Source: Octopus bimaculoides
Taxonomy: Eukaryota
Direction: 5' to 3'
Assembly (NCBI RefSeq): GCF_001194135.2
Contig: NC_068986.1
Location: 72,513,384 to 72,550,613 of the forward strand
DNA length: 37,230 bases
The translations under genes were made by a program, and so were the position numbers. The notes beneath the pieces were generated by a model, which was not told the DNA's origin, searched no databases, and was given only the letters and a program-made list of their open reading frames with translations. Positions 12,535 to 23,345 of the stretch are shown one piece after another (within the stretch, counting starts at the first letter, position 1; each line of letters begins with the position of its first letter).

Positions 12535-13020
12535 TAATATATTATGTAATATTCAATCACTAAACACAATAACTCACTGGAGGAATAAATAAGGTCTTAT
12601 AAATTTAAACAAAATTGGCAACCTTTAGATGTTCTTTTATTTTCTTGTATAAACATCATCACAGGGAAATTGAAATTTAAAATATTCATTGCCACAATGT
12701 TAAAATCTATAAGAATTGCTATAAATGTTTTAGTCTGTTCAGTTAGTACAAAAAGAAGTAGAGTGTGGCATCTTAAGTTTAGCAATTCTAACAGCCAAAT
12801 ATAGTTTTGTTACATTAAAGACCTATCAGAGTTAACTCTATTTTGTATCCTTCTAGAGCCCGCAAAACATTTATCAGTAATATATTGAGATTGATTCAAT
12901 AAAACTTCCATTCCTAATTAAATTTGTCTGGCAGGTTCCATTTCTACTTCAGAATTGAATAGTCCAAAGAATTTCTGTTTAAAAAATAATTTACCTTTCG
13001 TTTTTTTCTTTCTTTTATGA

Positions 13021-14410
13021 ATGAGCTACTCCGCGTCGGTCACCAGAGTGATATTTGATCACTTTATAGAGCGTCCGAGTGTTGTTTTGGTGTCTGGTAT
13101 GGGATAGCTTACCTCATGGGCAGGTAGAAGCTCTTTAAGCTTGGCTGGTAATCTACCTAGGAGAAGGAAATAAAACCTGAGGCCTTGGAAGTTCCTGGTT
13201 TTGTCAATTTTCATGTCATACGGGTGAAAGTTTTCTTGGGTCAATAGGTGGGGGTAGTGCAGTGCAAGCTACACCTGCTGAAAATTATTCATCTACACAG
13301 GTACTTCCTGTACTCCAAATCTTAGTAAAATCATTCAATTGGTTGGTTGGTTGGCAGAAACCTAAAAATGCACTTGTAACTTACTCTAAACAGATTCAGT
13401 AAATGGCAAAAAAAAAAAAAAAGGCTTGGGAACGTCAGGAGAACAGGTCTGGCTCAGCATGTGTCCCAGTGTATCACAGGCTGGACCCGGTCATCATCCT
13501 GCCACTGTGGTCAAACAATCTTCAAGAAAAAGTTAAAATAAACATCCTTTGAATTTCGGTTGTTGGAATGTGTGCACACTTCTTGATGATAATTTCAACA
13601 AGAGGCCAGAAAGGCATACTGCACTTATTGCATGTGAGCTCAAGAAATATACCCTTGATATAGTTGCACTCTCTGAAACTCATCTCTCTGGTGAGGGTCA
13701 AGTAAATGAACCTACATATGGATATACTATCTTTTGGAGAGGCCTACCTAAGGGTCAGCATAGAGAATCTGGTGTTGGGTTTGCTCTCAAGAATACATTA
13801 GTGTCCTCCATTGCAGAGCTTCCAAGTGGTATATCTGAAAGGATCATGTCAGCCATATTAAACTAACAAAAGGTAGGTTTTTTTACCATTGTCAGTATTT
13901 ATGCACCAATAATGTCCCTTTCTGATTAAACTGTAGGACAGTTTTATGACGATCTAGAATGATTATTGAGGAAAGTACCAATTTCTGACAAACTGGTCAT
14001 ATTGGGAGATTTCAATGCAAGAGTTGAAAAGGACTATGTTTCATGGCCTGTTTTAGGTGGACATGGGACTGGAAAATGCAATAAAAATGGAGTAGCTCTT
14101 TTGACGTTCAGTACTGAGAATAATCTTGTTGTCATCAACACTCTGTTTAAGCAGAAAAATAAATATAAAACCACCTGGATGCACCCAAGATCTAAGCACT
14201 GGCATCTCATAGATTATATTCTGATCAGGAAATGTGATATGAAAGACGTTTCTAGTGTTCAGGTCATGAGAGGGGCAGAGAGTTGGACTGTCCATCATCT
14301 AGTGTGTGGAAAAATAGATTTTTCAATAATGTCTAAAAATCGACAGTCTGGTCCTAAGGTACCCAAAAAGTTAAATGTTGCAAACTTTAAACTATCAAGC
14401 AACTTGCAAA
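13021..14410 (+). mobile_element. RTE-clade (BovB/RTE-1-like) LINE 5' part: putative 5' UTR plus apurinic endonuclease, decayed
   Basis: APE motifs CWNVCTL, DIVALSET, GVGF, YAP, LGDFNARV, TWMHPRSKHWHLIDYI. Frameshift near 13858 and two stops at about 13927 and 13960. The 5' UTR boundary is approximate. Confidence 0.9.
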
Positions 14411-14970
14411 GATTCCCTCAACCCAAGCTCTACGAAAAGAAGGTTATGGTGACTGTTTGGTGGTATACTGCAAAACTCATTCACTATAACTTCTCAAAAC
14501 TAGGAAAAACTATTATTGTAGAAATATATTGCCATAAAATTGCCAAAATGAACGAAAAACTGCTACTCCTCCATCCCAGAGGGCCAATCATTCTTTATGA
14601 CAATGCTCGACTGCATGTTTCACTAATGACACTCCAGAAGCTGAGAGAATTTGGCTACGAAGTTCTTCCCCACCCAGCTTATTCCCCAAAACTTTCTCCT
14701 ACCAGCTACCACTTTTTCAAGCACCTTGATCGTTTCCTGCAAGAGAACAAGTTCAAGAATTAAGCTGGTGCTGAATGTGCATTCAAAGAGTTCATCAGCT
14801 CCAGAATTCCAGATTTTTATGTTATCAGAATAAACAAACTTATAACTCGTTAGTAAAAATGTGTTGATTGTAATGGTACTTACTTTGATGAATAAAATTT
14901 CCTCATTGTTGAAATATATTGTGATGAATTTCATGTTTCAAAACATTGCTTACTTTTTACTTCCATGGGT
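14411..14970 (+). mobile_element. Mariner (cecropia/Hsmar1-like, DD34D) transposase 3' half, inactive
   Basis: PKLYEKKVMVTVWW...GPIILYDNAR...YSPKLSPTSYHFF...KCVDCNGTYFDE*. The third catalytic D is mutated to S and there are premature stops. A degenerate TIR-like end lies near 14940-14965. Confidence 0.9.
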
Positions 14971-17126
14971 TTAAAATTTTTTAAACTTAAAAAAAATTCA
15001 TTTTATTTTATTTGTCATATTCTATTCCTTTAAGATTTTGATATTTTATTTTAACTTGAATTTTCTACTCCCAACCAGTATTGGGACTATTACCCGTTTA
15101 TCATTCTTTTATTATTATCCCATGGTTATTGGTATTGTTATTTCTGTTATATTTTGGAAGGTTATCTTATTATGATCTTATTAATATTATTGGTATTGAT
15201 ATAATTGATATTGATGTTGCTGATGCAGATGCTGTCATCTTCACCATAATTGTTTTGGCAAGTTTACTCTAATTCTCTAACACTATTCCTCCATTATGCT
15301 AGATTAAAAAGTGAAAATTACTGTCTTAGACTCACCCATGTCCATGAAAAGTGCACATCAAATTTCAACACATTGGCTGGAGAATATCTTACCTATATAC
15401 AATGTTAATATGGTAATAGGTGCTGACCTATGTTTGTGACTGCTCCTCTTCCAAATTTGGCAATGCAATACTCCTACTACTACAGCAATTATCACTACTG
15501 CTTACACTAATACTGCTACTTCTACTAAGTACCACTCCCTCAATTGCTCCCACCCCCTTGTAACCTGCCTTCACCTATTCTACTTAAACATCCCAATCTT
15601 CCCCCATCTTCCACATACAATAGCCATTCTTCAAGTTCTCTGTTTGTTATTTCCAGCAATGGCTCAGACAAAAGTAGCATCAATTTTCTTAAGTTCAATT
15701 TACCTCAATTGGTCAATAGAGCAATTGAGTAAACCTATCAGTAATGTACCTATAATGACTACTGGAAACAGCTATAAGCCAAATTTGCTCTAATAAAGGA
15801 ATTATATATAATGACCATTATTTTTAATTTGTTTCTTATATATATATACATATGTGTGTGTGTATACATACCTATACATATGTATGTATACACACACACA
15901 CACACGAATACACATATAAAATATATAGTATGTAGACATATAGTATAACTGAACATCAATAACACTATTGCAATTTAACAAGAGTGGTGGGGTTATAATA
16001 AAAGGTAATACAAGATAGAAAGTATTTAAGAAATGTTTTGGTTATAATGAATTTGAAATTAGAGCTGCTTTCATTACTAAAGAATGTGTTTAATGTAGCA
16101 TAAAAGCTGGACTTAGAATTTGGACAATTGCCAATAAAAAATAACTAAGAAAAATGAAGTCTGACATTATAAAATTCATTGGAAATTAAGAAATATGAGA
16201 AGCAATGGAAGTCGAAGGGTTATGGAAAAATTGAAGGAAGATTTCAAACACAAAAGAAGTAAACTTGATGGACAGTAAAGTAAAGAATTGCATTACAAAA
16301 ATTCATAGAAAATTTTCAGCTCATTCAAAATGAAATCTGATTGAATATGAATAATCTATAAAACAAAATTCCTTCAAAATTCATGTGATTTAAGATGGAA
16401 AGAAAAAAGTTGCGAATTGAAAATGTGGAAAAGGAGATTTATTCCCTAAGGTTAAAAGTAGAAGAATTAAAATAGTAGATTTTTAGACAAGAATGTCTCT
16501 TAAGTATGAAGAAGCATTGTTTATTGCTTAGTGAGCATCAGATAAAGAGTTGACAAGAGCAAGGTACAGCAAGATTTATAGATCCAAAAATATATTTGTA
16601 AACGAAATGAAGCAGTGTCTATAATAATGTATGTTACAACATACCTTCCTATATACACTCTATCTCAATCGGTAATGTATGTTAAAGCAATATTGTATAA
16701 AATATATCTTCAGTGTGCTTATCATACCAATTATATTTTGACTATTCTTGAGGCACATATTATTTTCTTTCTTACAACTGTTTTATTTCAAGTTGTATTT
16801 TACATTTTATCTCTACACAGCATTATTGCCATAGCAACATATCTCTACACAAAATCAATGCTATAGCAGCAGTATTTGTCTTCATAAGCCACATATTATT
16901 TTAAAATGTAAAGACATTTTTGAACTTGAACCTAGAGAACAGTTCACCAATAGTGAATTGGTCTCAGTAAGAACACAGCCTATTCAATCAACTATCCTTA
17001 TATCATAGATCTATCAGGTCAATTTGAAGAATGATAAAGAATAATAATTAGAAAAGTCAATCTGACAGAATGCATTTGGTTACACAGCTACAAATTTTAT
17101 ATATTCAAACCTGAAACAAATAAAAG

Positions 17127-17132
17127 CTACTA

Positions 17133-17172
<40 letters not shown>
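17127..17172. repeat. (CTA)n microsatellite
   Basis: Direct reading. Confidence 0.95.
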
Positions 17173-17244
17173 GATATAATATCAGGCATTAGATGAATGG
17201 AAATATTTACTGAAGTTGTCGATGCACAACAGGAAAGGAAAAAA

Positions 17245-17730
17245 TACTATTTCAAACTTCATGCAATAAAATTCTTAAATAATACAGTTCTCCTGCCTTT
17301 TGTGCGACAACATAAACACACCCAAGCGTTTCTTCTTTGAAAACATTCAAATGGTCTTGCCTTTTGTGCGACAACATAAACACACCCAAGCATTTCTTCC
17401 TTGAAAACATTCAAATGGTCTTGCCTTTTGTGCGACAACATAAACACACCCAAGCGTTTCTTCTTTGAAAACATTCAAATGGTCTTCAACTTTTTTCCTC
17501 ACTTTCTTCTTTGCCATTCTTTGTTACTACTGCTCCAAATGAAATATATGGGTACTTCAGCATAAAATAATGTTTTATCAAAGTCATCATTGATGCACAA
17601 CGAAAAGAATTCTGTCAATGTTGTATCATATGTCATTCATTGACAGCCATATATACTCTCATTATTTCTGAGCAATATTCTTTGTTCATCTGGTAGATGA
17701 ACTTGTAGTCTCATTATTGCAGGTCCTCTT
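17245..17730 (-). mobile_element. Helitron Rep/helicase linker-region fragment, decayed
   Basis: The minus frame gives PAIMRLQVHLPDEQR...TTLTEFFSLCINDDFDKTLFYAEVPIYFIWSSSNKEWQRRK...LGCVYVVAQKAGELYYLRILLHEV. This matches the recalled Helitron motifs LAVHL..Q, TTLTAFF.LC, LLY.EVP.YY.W, LGRVY.V and FYLRLLL. Confidence 0.8.
17295..17486. repeat. Tandem triplication, 3 x 64 bp
   Basis: Units start at 17295, 17359 and 17423. The middle unit differs at 2 positions. Confidence 0.95.
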
Positions 17731-17741
17731 TATACATATAT

Positions 17742-17950
17742 ACAGGCATGGCTATGTGGTAAGAAGCTTGATTCCCAACCACATGGTTCCAGGTTCAGTC
17801 CCACTGCATGGCACCTTGAGCAAGTATCTTCTACTATAGCCTCAGGCCAACCAAAGCCTTGTGAGTGGATTTGGTAGACGGAAACTGAAAAAAGACTGTT
17901 GTATGTGTGTGTGTGTGTCTTTGTGTCTATGTTTGTCCCCCCCACCACCA
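17742..17950 (+). mobile_element. 5' portion of CORE-type SINE with Pol III A and B boxes
   Basis: A box TGGCTATGTGG (17749-17759), B box GGTTCAGTCCC (17792-17802), then CORE and a (TG) tract. It is joined directly to RT sequence. Confidence 0.85.
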
Positions 17951-19520
17951 TCACTGAGCCATCAGGAATCATTGCTGAAGTGATTAAAATTTCCAGTGGT
18001 CTAGGATACAGCTTAGTCACCCGTATAGTTAATCAGGTTATTCAGGAAGGCACCATCCCCAATGATTGGTGTAGTAGTATTATAGTTAGCTGCTACAAGG
18101 GTAAAGGTGATGCCTTAGTCAGAAACAACTACAGAGGTATTAAACTGCTAGACCAAGTCATGAAAGTTACTGAGAGGGTTATAGCTGAATTGATTAGAAA
18201 TGGAACTAAACAAGATGAGATGCAGTTTGGTTTTGTACCTAGGAAGAGTATCACAGACACCATCTTCCTAGTGAGACAGTTGCAGGAAGAGTACTTGACC
18301 AAAAGTAAGCCATTGTAATTAGCTTTTGCCGACCTGGAGAAAGCTTTCGACAAAGTTCTCCGCTCTGTTATATGGTGGTCTTTAAAGAAGTTAGGAGTAG
18401 AGGAGTGGTGTTGTCAGTATGGTGAGAGTCGGACAGAAATACAGCGATGCATTTAGTGTACAAGTAGGGGTTCACTAAGGCTCAGTTCTCAGCCCACTCT
18501 CATTCATTATAGTCCCCGAGGCCATAACAGCGGTATTCAAAACTGGATGCCCATGGAAACTGCTATATGCTGACGACCTTGCTCTTATTTCAGAATTTTC
18601 AGCAAAATTGGAGAAAAATTCCAGGTATGGAAGCAAAGCCTGGAATCAAAGGGCCTTAAAGTTAACCTAGCAAAGACCAAAGTTGTTGTTTGTAAGAAAG
18701 AAGATAAGACTCTCTTTCCATCAGGTAAATGGCCCTGCTCAATATGTTAGAAAGGAGTTGGAAGAAATTCTATTCGCTGCACCCAGTGTAAACTATGGAC
18801 ACATAAGAGATGCAGTGGAATCACAGGTAGATGAACAGATAAAGTCATCTTTGTATGTGGCAGATGTGCAGGAGCAATAAGCACTAAGAACACATGGGAC
18901 TTAGATTCTCTCAAATGCCCAGGAGGCTCTCTTGAGGTTGTTGATAGTTTCTGTTGCCTAGGGGACCAAATTAGCAATAGTGGAGGATGCTCTGAAAGTA
19001 TTGTTTCTAGAATAAGAATAGGGTGGAGGAAGTTGGGAGAGCTATTACCTCTGTTGGTAACAAAAGATCTCTCTCTCTTTCAGAGTGAAAGGTAGACTGT
19101 ATGATGCTTGTGTGTGAACAGCTATACTCCATAGTAGTGAGACATGGGCTCTGAATACAGAAGACATGTGTAGACTGGAGAGAAATGAAGGCAGTATGCT
19201 CCGTTGGATATGCAACATCAGTGTGCATGTACAACAAAGTGAAAATGTATTGAAAGAAAAGTTGGGCATAAGAGGAATCAAATGTAGCATGCACGAGAGA
19301 AGACTATGTTGGTTTGGACGTGTGAAGCATATGAATGAGGACAGCTGCATAAAGAAGTGCCGGTCACTGAAAGTGGATGGTATCCACAGAAGAGGGAGAC
19401 CCAGGAAGATGTGGGATGAAGTGATAAGGACTGATCTCGGGATGTTGGGCCTCATGTAGAAAATGACAATGAATCAAGATGTCTGGCAATATGAGGTTCT
19501 TGAGAAGACCAGCCCATGTC
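17951..19520 (+). mobile_element. RTE-clade LINE reverse transcriptase to ORF end, decayed
   Basis: NYRGIKLL, QFGF, DLEKAFD, QGS-like, LYADDL (YADD at 18566-18577), FCCLG, SETWA, RGRPRKMW. Several stops and frameshifts. Confidence 0.92.
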
Positions 19521-19948
19521 AGTGAAACTGAGTTCTAGAAGTGCTGTGTGTCCCACCCACACATAACAAGAAAACTTCTCACATCCTCTACCACAACAAA
19601 CCAAACTATATCTCTGCATTTCTTTTCTTCTTCACAGTCCCACTTCATGCGCTCTGCCCACCTCTCACTCCCCAATCCTGTCTTCATGGCCCTGTTTCTC
19701 TGTATCATTCCTATCTAATAACCTATGACCTTTGAACCTCAAGGCACTTGCAACCACCTATATCTCTCTCTGCCTTTACTAAACCATCCTAGTTCTATTC
19801 GGATTCCTGCCCCTTGTGAGTATGTCTGGCACTTTGCCACTATCTCTATCCTGATGTCTCCCACTCTCCCTCTCCTCCTCCTGTACTTCCCTCAGGTTGG
19901 GTAACCATATATTTCCTTTGCAGCAACACACCTGTTTCTGTCCTCATT

Positions 19949-19950
<2 letters not shown>

Positions 19951-20025
<75 letters not shown>
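19951..20025. repeat. (CT)n microsatellite
   Basis: Direct reading. Confidence 0.97.
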
Positions 20026-20028
<3 letters not shown>

Positions 20029-20169
20029 TCTTCAACCCCCGCCAAGTAACCTTGTACCTCCTCTACAGCAAGACACTTGTTTCTGTCTCTCTGTCTCACT
20101 ATAACCTTTCATCATCTGACACAAGATCGCTTCCTCCAATGCTCCCTCCCCCCTCAAAAGATTTTTGTC

Positions 20170-20482
20170 TTGCAGGTTACTTGGTGACCCTGTCACTGCA
20201 GGTACCACTTAAAAAGCATCCAGTTCACACTGTAAAGTGGTTAGCATTTTGAAAGACATCCAGCTGTAAAAACCTTGCTAAAATTTACCTCACCTGTGCT
20301 TGTGCCACATAAAAAGCACTCAGACCACTCTGCTGGGTGGTTGGTATTAGGAAGGGCATCCAGCTGTAAAAGTCCTGCCAAAACAGTCACAGAAATCTGG
20401 TGCAGGCTTCTGCCTAGCCAGCTCCTGTCAAACCATCCCACCCATGCTAGCATGGAAGGTGGATGTTAAATGATGATGATGA
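20170..20482 (+). mobile_element. RTE-type 3' tail (two partial tandem tail segments)
   Basis: 'taaaaagca...gtggtt...gaagggcatccagctgtaaaa' occurs twice, ending in 'cccatgctagcatgg...(gat)n'. Confidence 0.7.
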
Positions 20483-20506
20483 TATATATATATATATATA
20501 TATATA

Positions 20507-20868
20507 NNNNNNNNNNNNNNNNNNNNNNNNNNNNNNNNNNNNNNNNNNNNNNNNNNNNNNNNNNNNNNNNNNNNNNNNNNNNNNNNNNNNNNNNNNNNNN
20601 NNNNNNNNNNNNNNNNNNNNNNNNNNNNNNNNNNNNNNNNNNNNNNNNNNNNNNNNNNNNNNNNNNNNNNNNNNNNNNNNNNNNNNNNNNNNNNNNNNNN
20701 NNNNNNNNNNNNNNNNNNNNNNNNNNNNNNNNNNNNNNNNNNNNNNNNNNNNNNNNNNNNNNNNNNNNNNNNNNNNNNNNNNNNNNNNNNNNNNNNNNNN
20801 NNNNNNNNNNNNNNNNNNNNNNNNNNNNNNNNNNNNNNNNNNNNNNNNNNNNNNNNNNNNNNNNNNNN
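20507..20868. other. Assembly gap (362 N). Other gaps at 9966-9985 and 34658-34973
   Basis: N runs, each adjoining a (TA)n tract. Confidence 0.99.
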
Positions 20869-20948
20869 TATCACATACTTAACGCATGTTCATTATTAAC
20901 TGCTTGTAGCTGTGATATTTCATCTAAGAGAGGTCTCTTTATATATAT

Positions 20949-20996
<48 letters not shown>

Positions 20997-21479
20997 GAAT
21001 AATTAAATTTAAATATTTAGATCTTCCTTTCTAATGCAAATATACATGAAACATTCTGCAGAGACACTTACTTTGATGAACTAGTTATTTAATCTACAAA
21101 GTAAATTGCTTTAAGTAGGCAACATTCTAATTATTTATCTGTTGCTCTGTTATTTAACAGGCTCCAAATTTCCTGCTTATCAGATATATTTGCTGCTAAA
21201 GAACGCTGAAAGAAATTGCATTTTAAGCAATATTGCTTATGTTGGTAAGAAGATGAGTCATGAAAAATTTTTGCCAGTTTTATTTATTTATCTAGAAAAA
21301 AAAATTAAGATAAACATAAGTTTAGACAGCTGAACATTGGCTGTTTAATGAAAAATTTGTCAAGGATAATATAATTACATTTGGCAGAATATATGTTGTG
21401 ATTTTACTTCCCTGATAATAACAATATATGTATGCAATCTTTCTTTTTTAATTATTTGAATTCTTCCTCTGAAGAAAGA

Positions 21480-22560
21480 CCTGTTTTCTTACAATGTAAC
21501 AAAGTTCTATCTCTGGAATTTAGATAATAACAATGATGGAGAGTATTGTTTAGCAGATACTGTTGGAGTGATACTATTTGATCTGGACTGCTTCTCCACC
21601 TCTCAACTTCTGAGACAGAGTTTGTCAAAAACACTATTTCTGCAGAAGCTTTCAGTTGATATCAAAATCTTATAAGTTTTAATATCTATAGAGAAGATTT
21701 CCTCTAGAATCCAATGAAATATTCCAACTGTTGATGTCAGGACTTGGTAAGCAGCAAATGCATTTAGATTCTATTTTGTTATAAGAAGAATACACTGATT
21801 ATCATAGTTTTCAAGTCTCGTATAATATTCTTTGGTCACTATCTTTGATCATAGCACCTTTGTAAGATACATTTTCATCTATATTTAGGTATTTGTCACA
21901 CTAATTGTGAGGAACAGAGATGACAAAAAATTGGAAACAAAGTCAAATGGTTTATTGTAAACCAGCCAAACTGTGACCAAGACTAATCAAATTCCTTCTA
22001 TGCTGCTGCATCTCTGACATCACAGTTTTGTTTATCAAGAGTTGTTCAGCACATCTCCCATCTCCATTCTTTCCAGCTGCTTGTTCAGCTGTGATGGTAT
22101 TATTACTGTCACAGAGATCTTGGAGAAAGGCATTCAGACATCTGTATATATGAAATTCGAGTAGGCAATTCATTTGTAGTTTTTTCTCAGATGAGTGGCA
22201 TTGTCTTTTTGGTTTAAGTTTTGTTTCTACCAGTGCTAACCAGCTTGGTATGCTTGTATCTCCAATGAAAGCTTGTATTTCCATTGAGATACTGTACAAA
22301 TTTCTAACAAACAAGTCCCTTCTTGGTGCTTTCCTATTCTGAATTTTGGGGATCACAGTCTCAAGGGCCTTGCTATTAATGCTGTATGTTTTTGGTTTGA
22401 ACTGAAACAATATTTGTTCCAGAAGCGACCTTTTGCTATTTGTTTAAACTCCTTTGGCTCACTCCAAAATGATTCTGTATCTCCTTTGAAAGAGCTGCTG
22501 TTGTGATATTTATTGACTGGTTGCTAGCTTTACACTTTATAATGACATGTAACTGTCCTA
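21480..22560 (-). mobile_element. R4/Dong-like (RLE) LINE RT region, decayed, internally deleted
   Basis: The minus strand gives ESFWSEPKEF, KAP, IPSWL..VET.L.PK, EQAAGKNG..CAEQLLINK, VWLVYNKPFD, then KYLNIDENVSY..TKEYYTRL and NAFA..VLTSTVGIFHWILEEIFSIDIKTYKIL. These match R4-clade RT motifs as recalled. Confidence 0.8.
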
Positions 22561-22829
22561 CTCTGTTACATAAATTTGCTATGTTTTCTTTTCAAGTTGC
22601 TATCTACCTGGGTTGCTTATAATGGGTTATTTCATTGTTGTGTCTAAGCTATATTCCAATATCAGTCTGTAACTAGTCTATATAATTTACTTTCTTATCT
22701 AAATATCAGCAGCAAAGACTTCCAGTCACTGAGGCTTAGAATTTCCTTCCCCCACACCTCCAAATACATATAATTCTTCTCCTTCTCTCCAAATCCCTAA
22801 CAATGCTTTTGTCCTATCTCTTCTTTCAT

Positions 22830-23050
22830 TGAGGTCATCTATCTCATTTCATTCTTCTCTTGTCCTCAGTGACTTCAATACTCATGACTCTTCTAGGCTC
22901 TTACCCTTATCCCATACTGATATCCCTGGTGCAGGAACCAAGATCTTTGTAATTCTCAACTCTTTATCTCACCTATTTCATCTCTTACTCATACCCCAGA
23001 CTGATATACAGACATTCCAAACAACTCTGATCCATTGTTCTATCACACAA
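22830..23050 (+). mobile_element. CR1/L2-like LINE endonuclease relic
   Basis: LVLSDFNTH...HTDIPG..T..F.ILNSLS resembles ILGDFN.HH..W...TD.PG. A matching RT relic, LLYINDL...SYANN (for YADD), lies at 23739-23802. Confidence 0.5.
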
Positions 23051-23154
23051 ACTTTCTAGCAAAACTATCTGCTCGTGGATTCCAGTCATCTCTTGGATTG
23101 GTTCTTTTATGTTAGATCACACAATCGTGGCACACACCAATGGAGTTCTTTTTG

Positions 23155-23345
23155 ACTTACACTTTACCTTAGTGTTTGGTTCCCCACCACTCTTCCTTCT
23201 GTAGAGAGACCAATTTCTATTTGGGCATATTGGAGTCAACTAGCCTTTTATAGGCTCCACAAGTTAATTTGTAATGATTGGTCATCTGACCTATCATTTG
23301 AGTCTGCAAAATTGGTTGAGTCCTGTACTTTGATTGGTCAAGTAT
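23155..23345 (-). promoter_or_regulatory. Pol II promoter-like module (LTR or genic)
   Basis: On the minus strand: three CCAAT boxes (plus coordinates 23333, 23311, 23277; two are TGACCAATCA), CCTATAAAAGG (TATA 23246-23252) and a GTAAGT donor-like site at 23160-23155. Confidence 0.45.

Noticed and set aside
13021-13300. HDV-like ribozyme in the RTE 5' UTR (known for some RTEs)
   Set aside because: Only a 6-bp hairpin (agtgat/atcact) is visible and I could not trace the nested double pseudoknot. A covariance-model search would be needed.
15393-15789. Two small minus-strand exons (15750-15789 and 15393-15427) phase-compatible with the 10652 candidate, plus a TM-like stretch VIIAVVVGVL
   Set aside because: The second acceptor lacks a pyrimidine tract. 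The TM-like stretch derives from (GTA)n-like low complexity with an upstream stop. No recognisable homology.
16000-16600. Purine-rich coiled-coil-like remnant (KLRIENVEKEIYSLRLKVEELK)
   Set aside because: It is too short and has too many stops to assign to any family.
17295-17486. CRISPR-like regular repeats (also 28357-28620 and 32360-32730)
   Set aside because: These are contiguous tandem units with no unique spacers and no cas genes, in a eukaryotic context.
17742-17815. tRNA genes
   Set aside because: The A/B boxes belong to SINE heads. They continue into CORE sequence and I see no complete cloverleaf.
20428-21006. ORFs of 139-178 aa (also 34538-35149)
   Set aside because: They consist of N-gap X residues.
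21072-21093. 22-nt minus-strand microexon with good splice sites
   Set aside because: All three frames contain stops. It could only be UTR and nothing else supports it.
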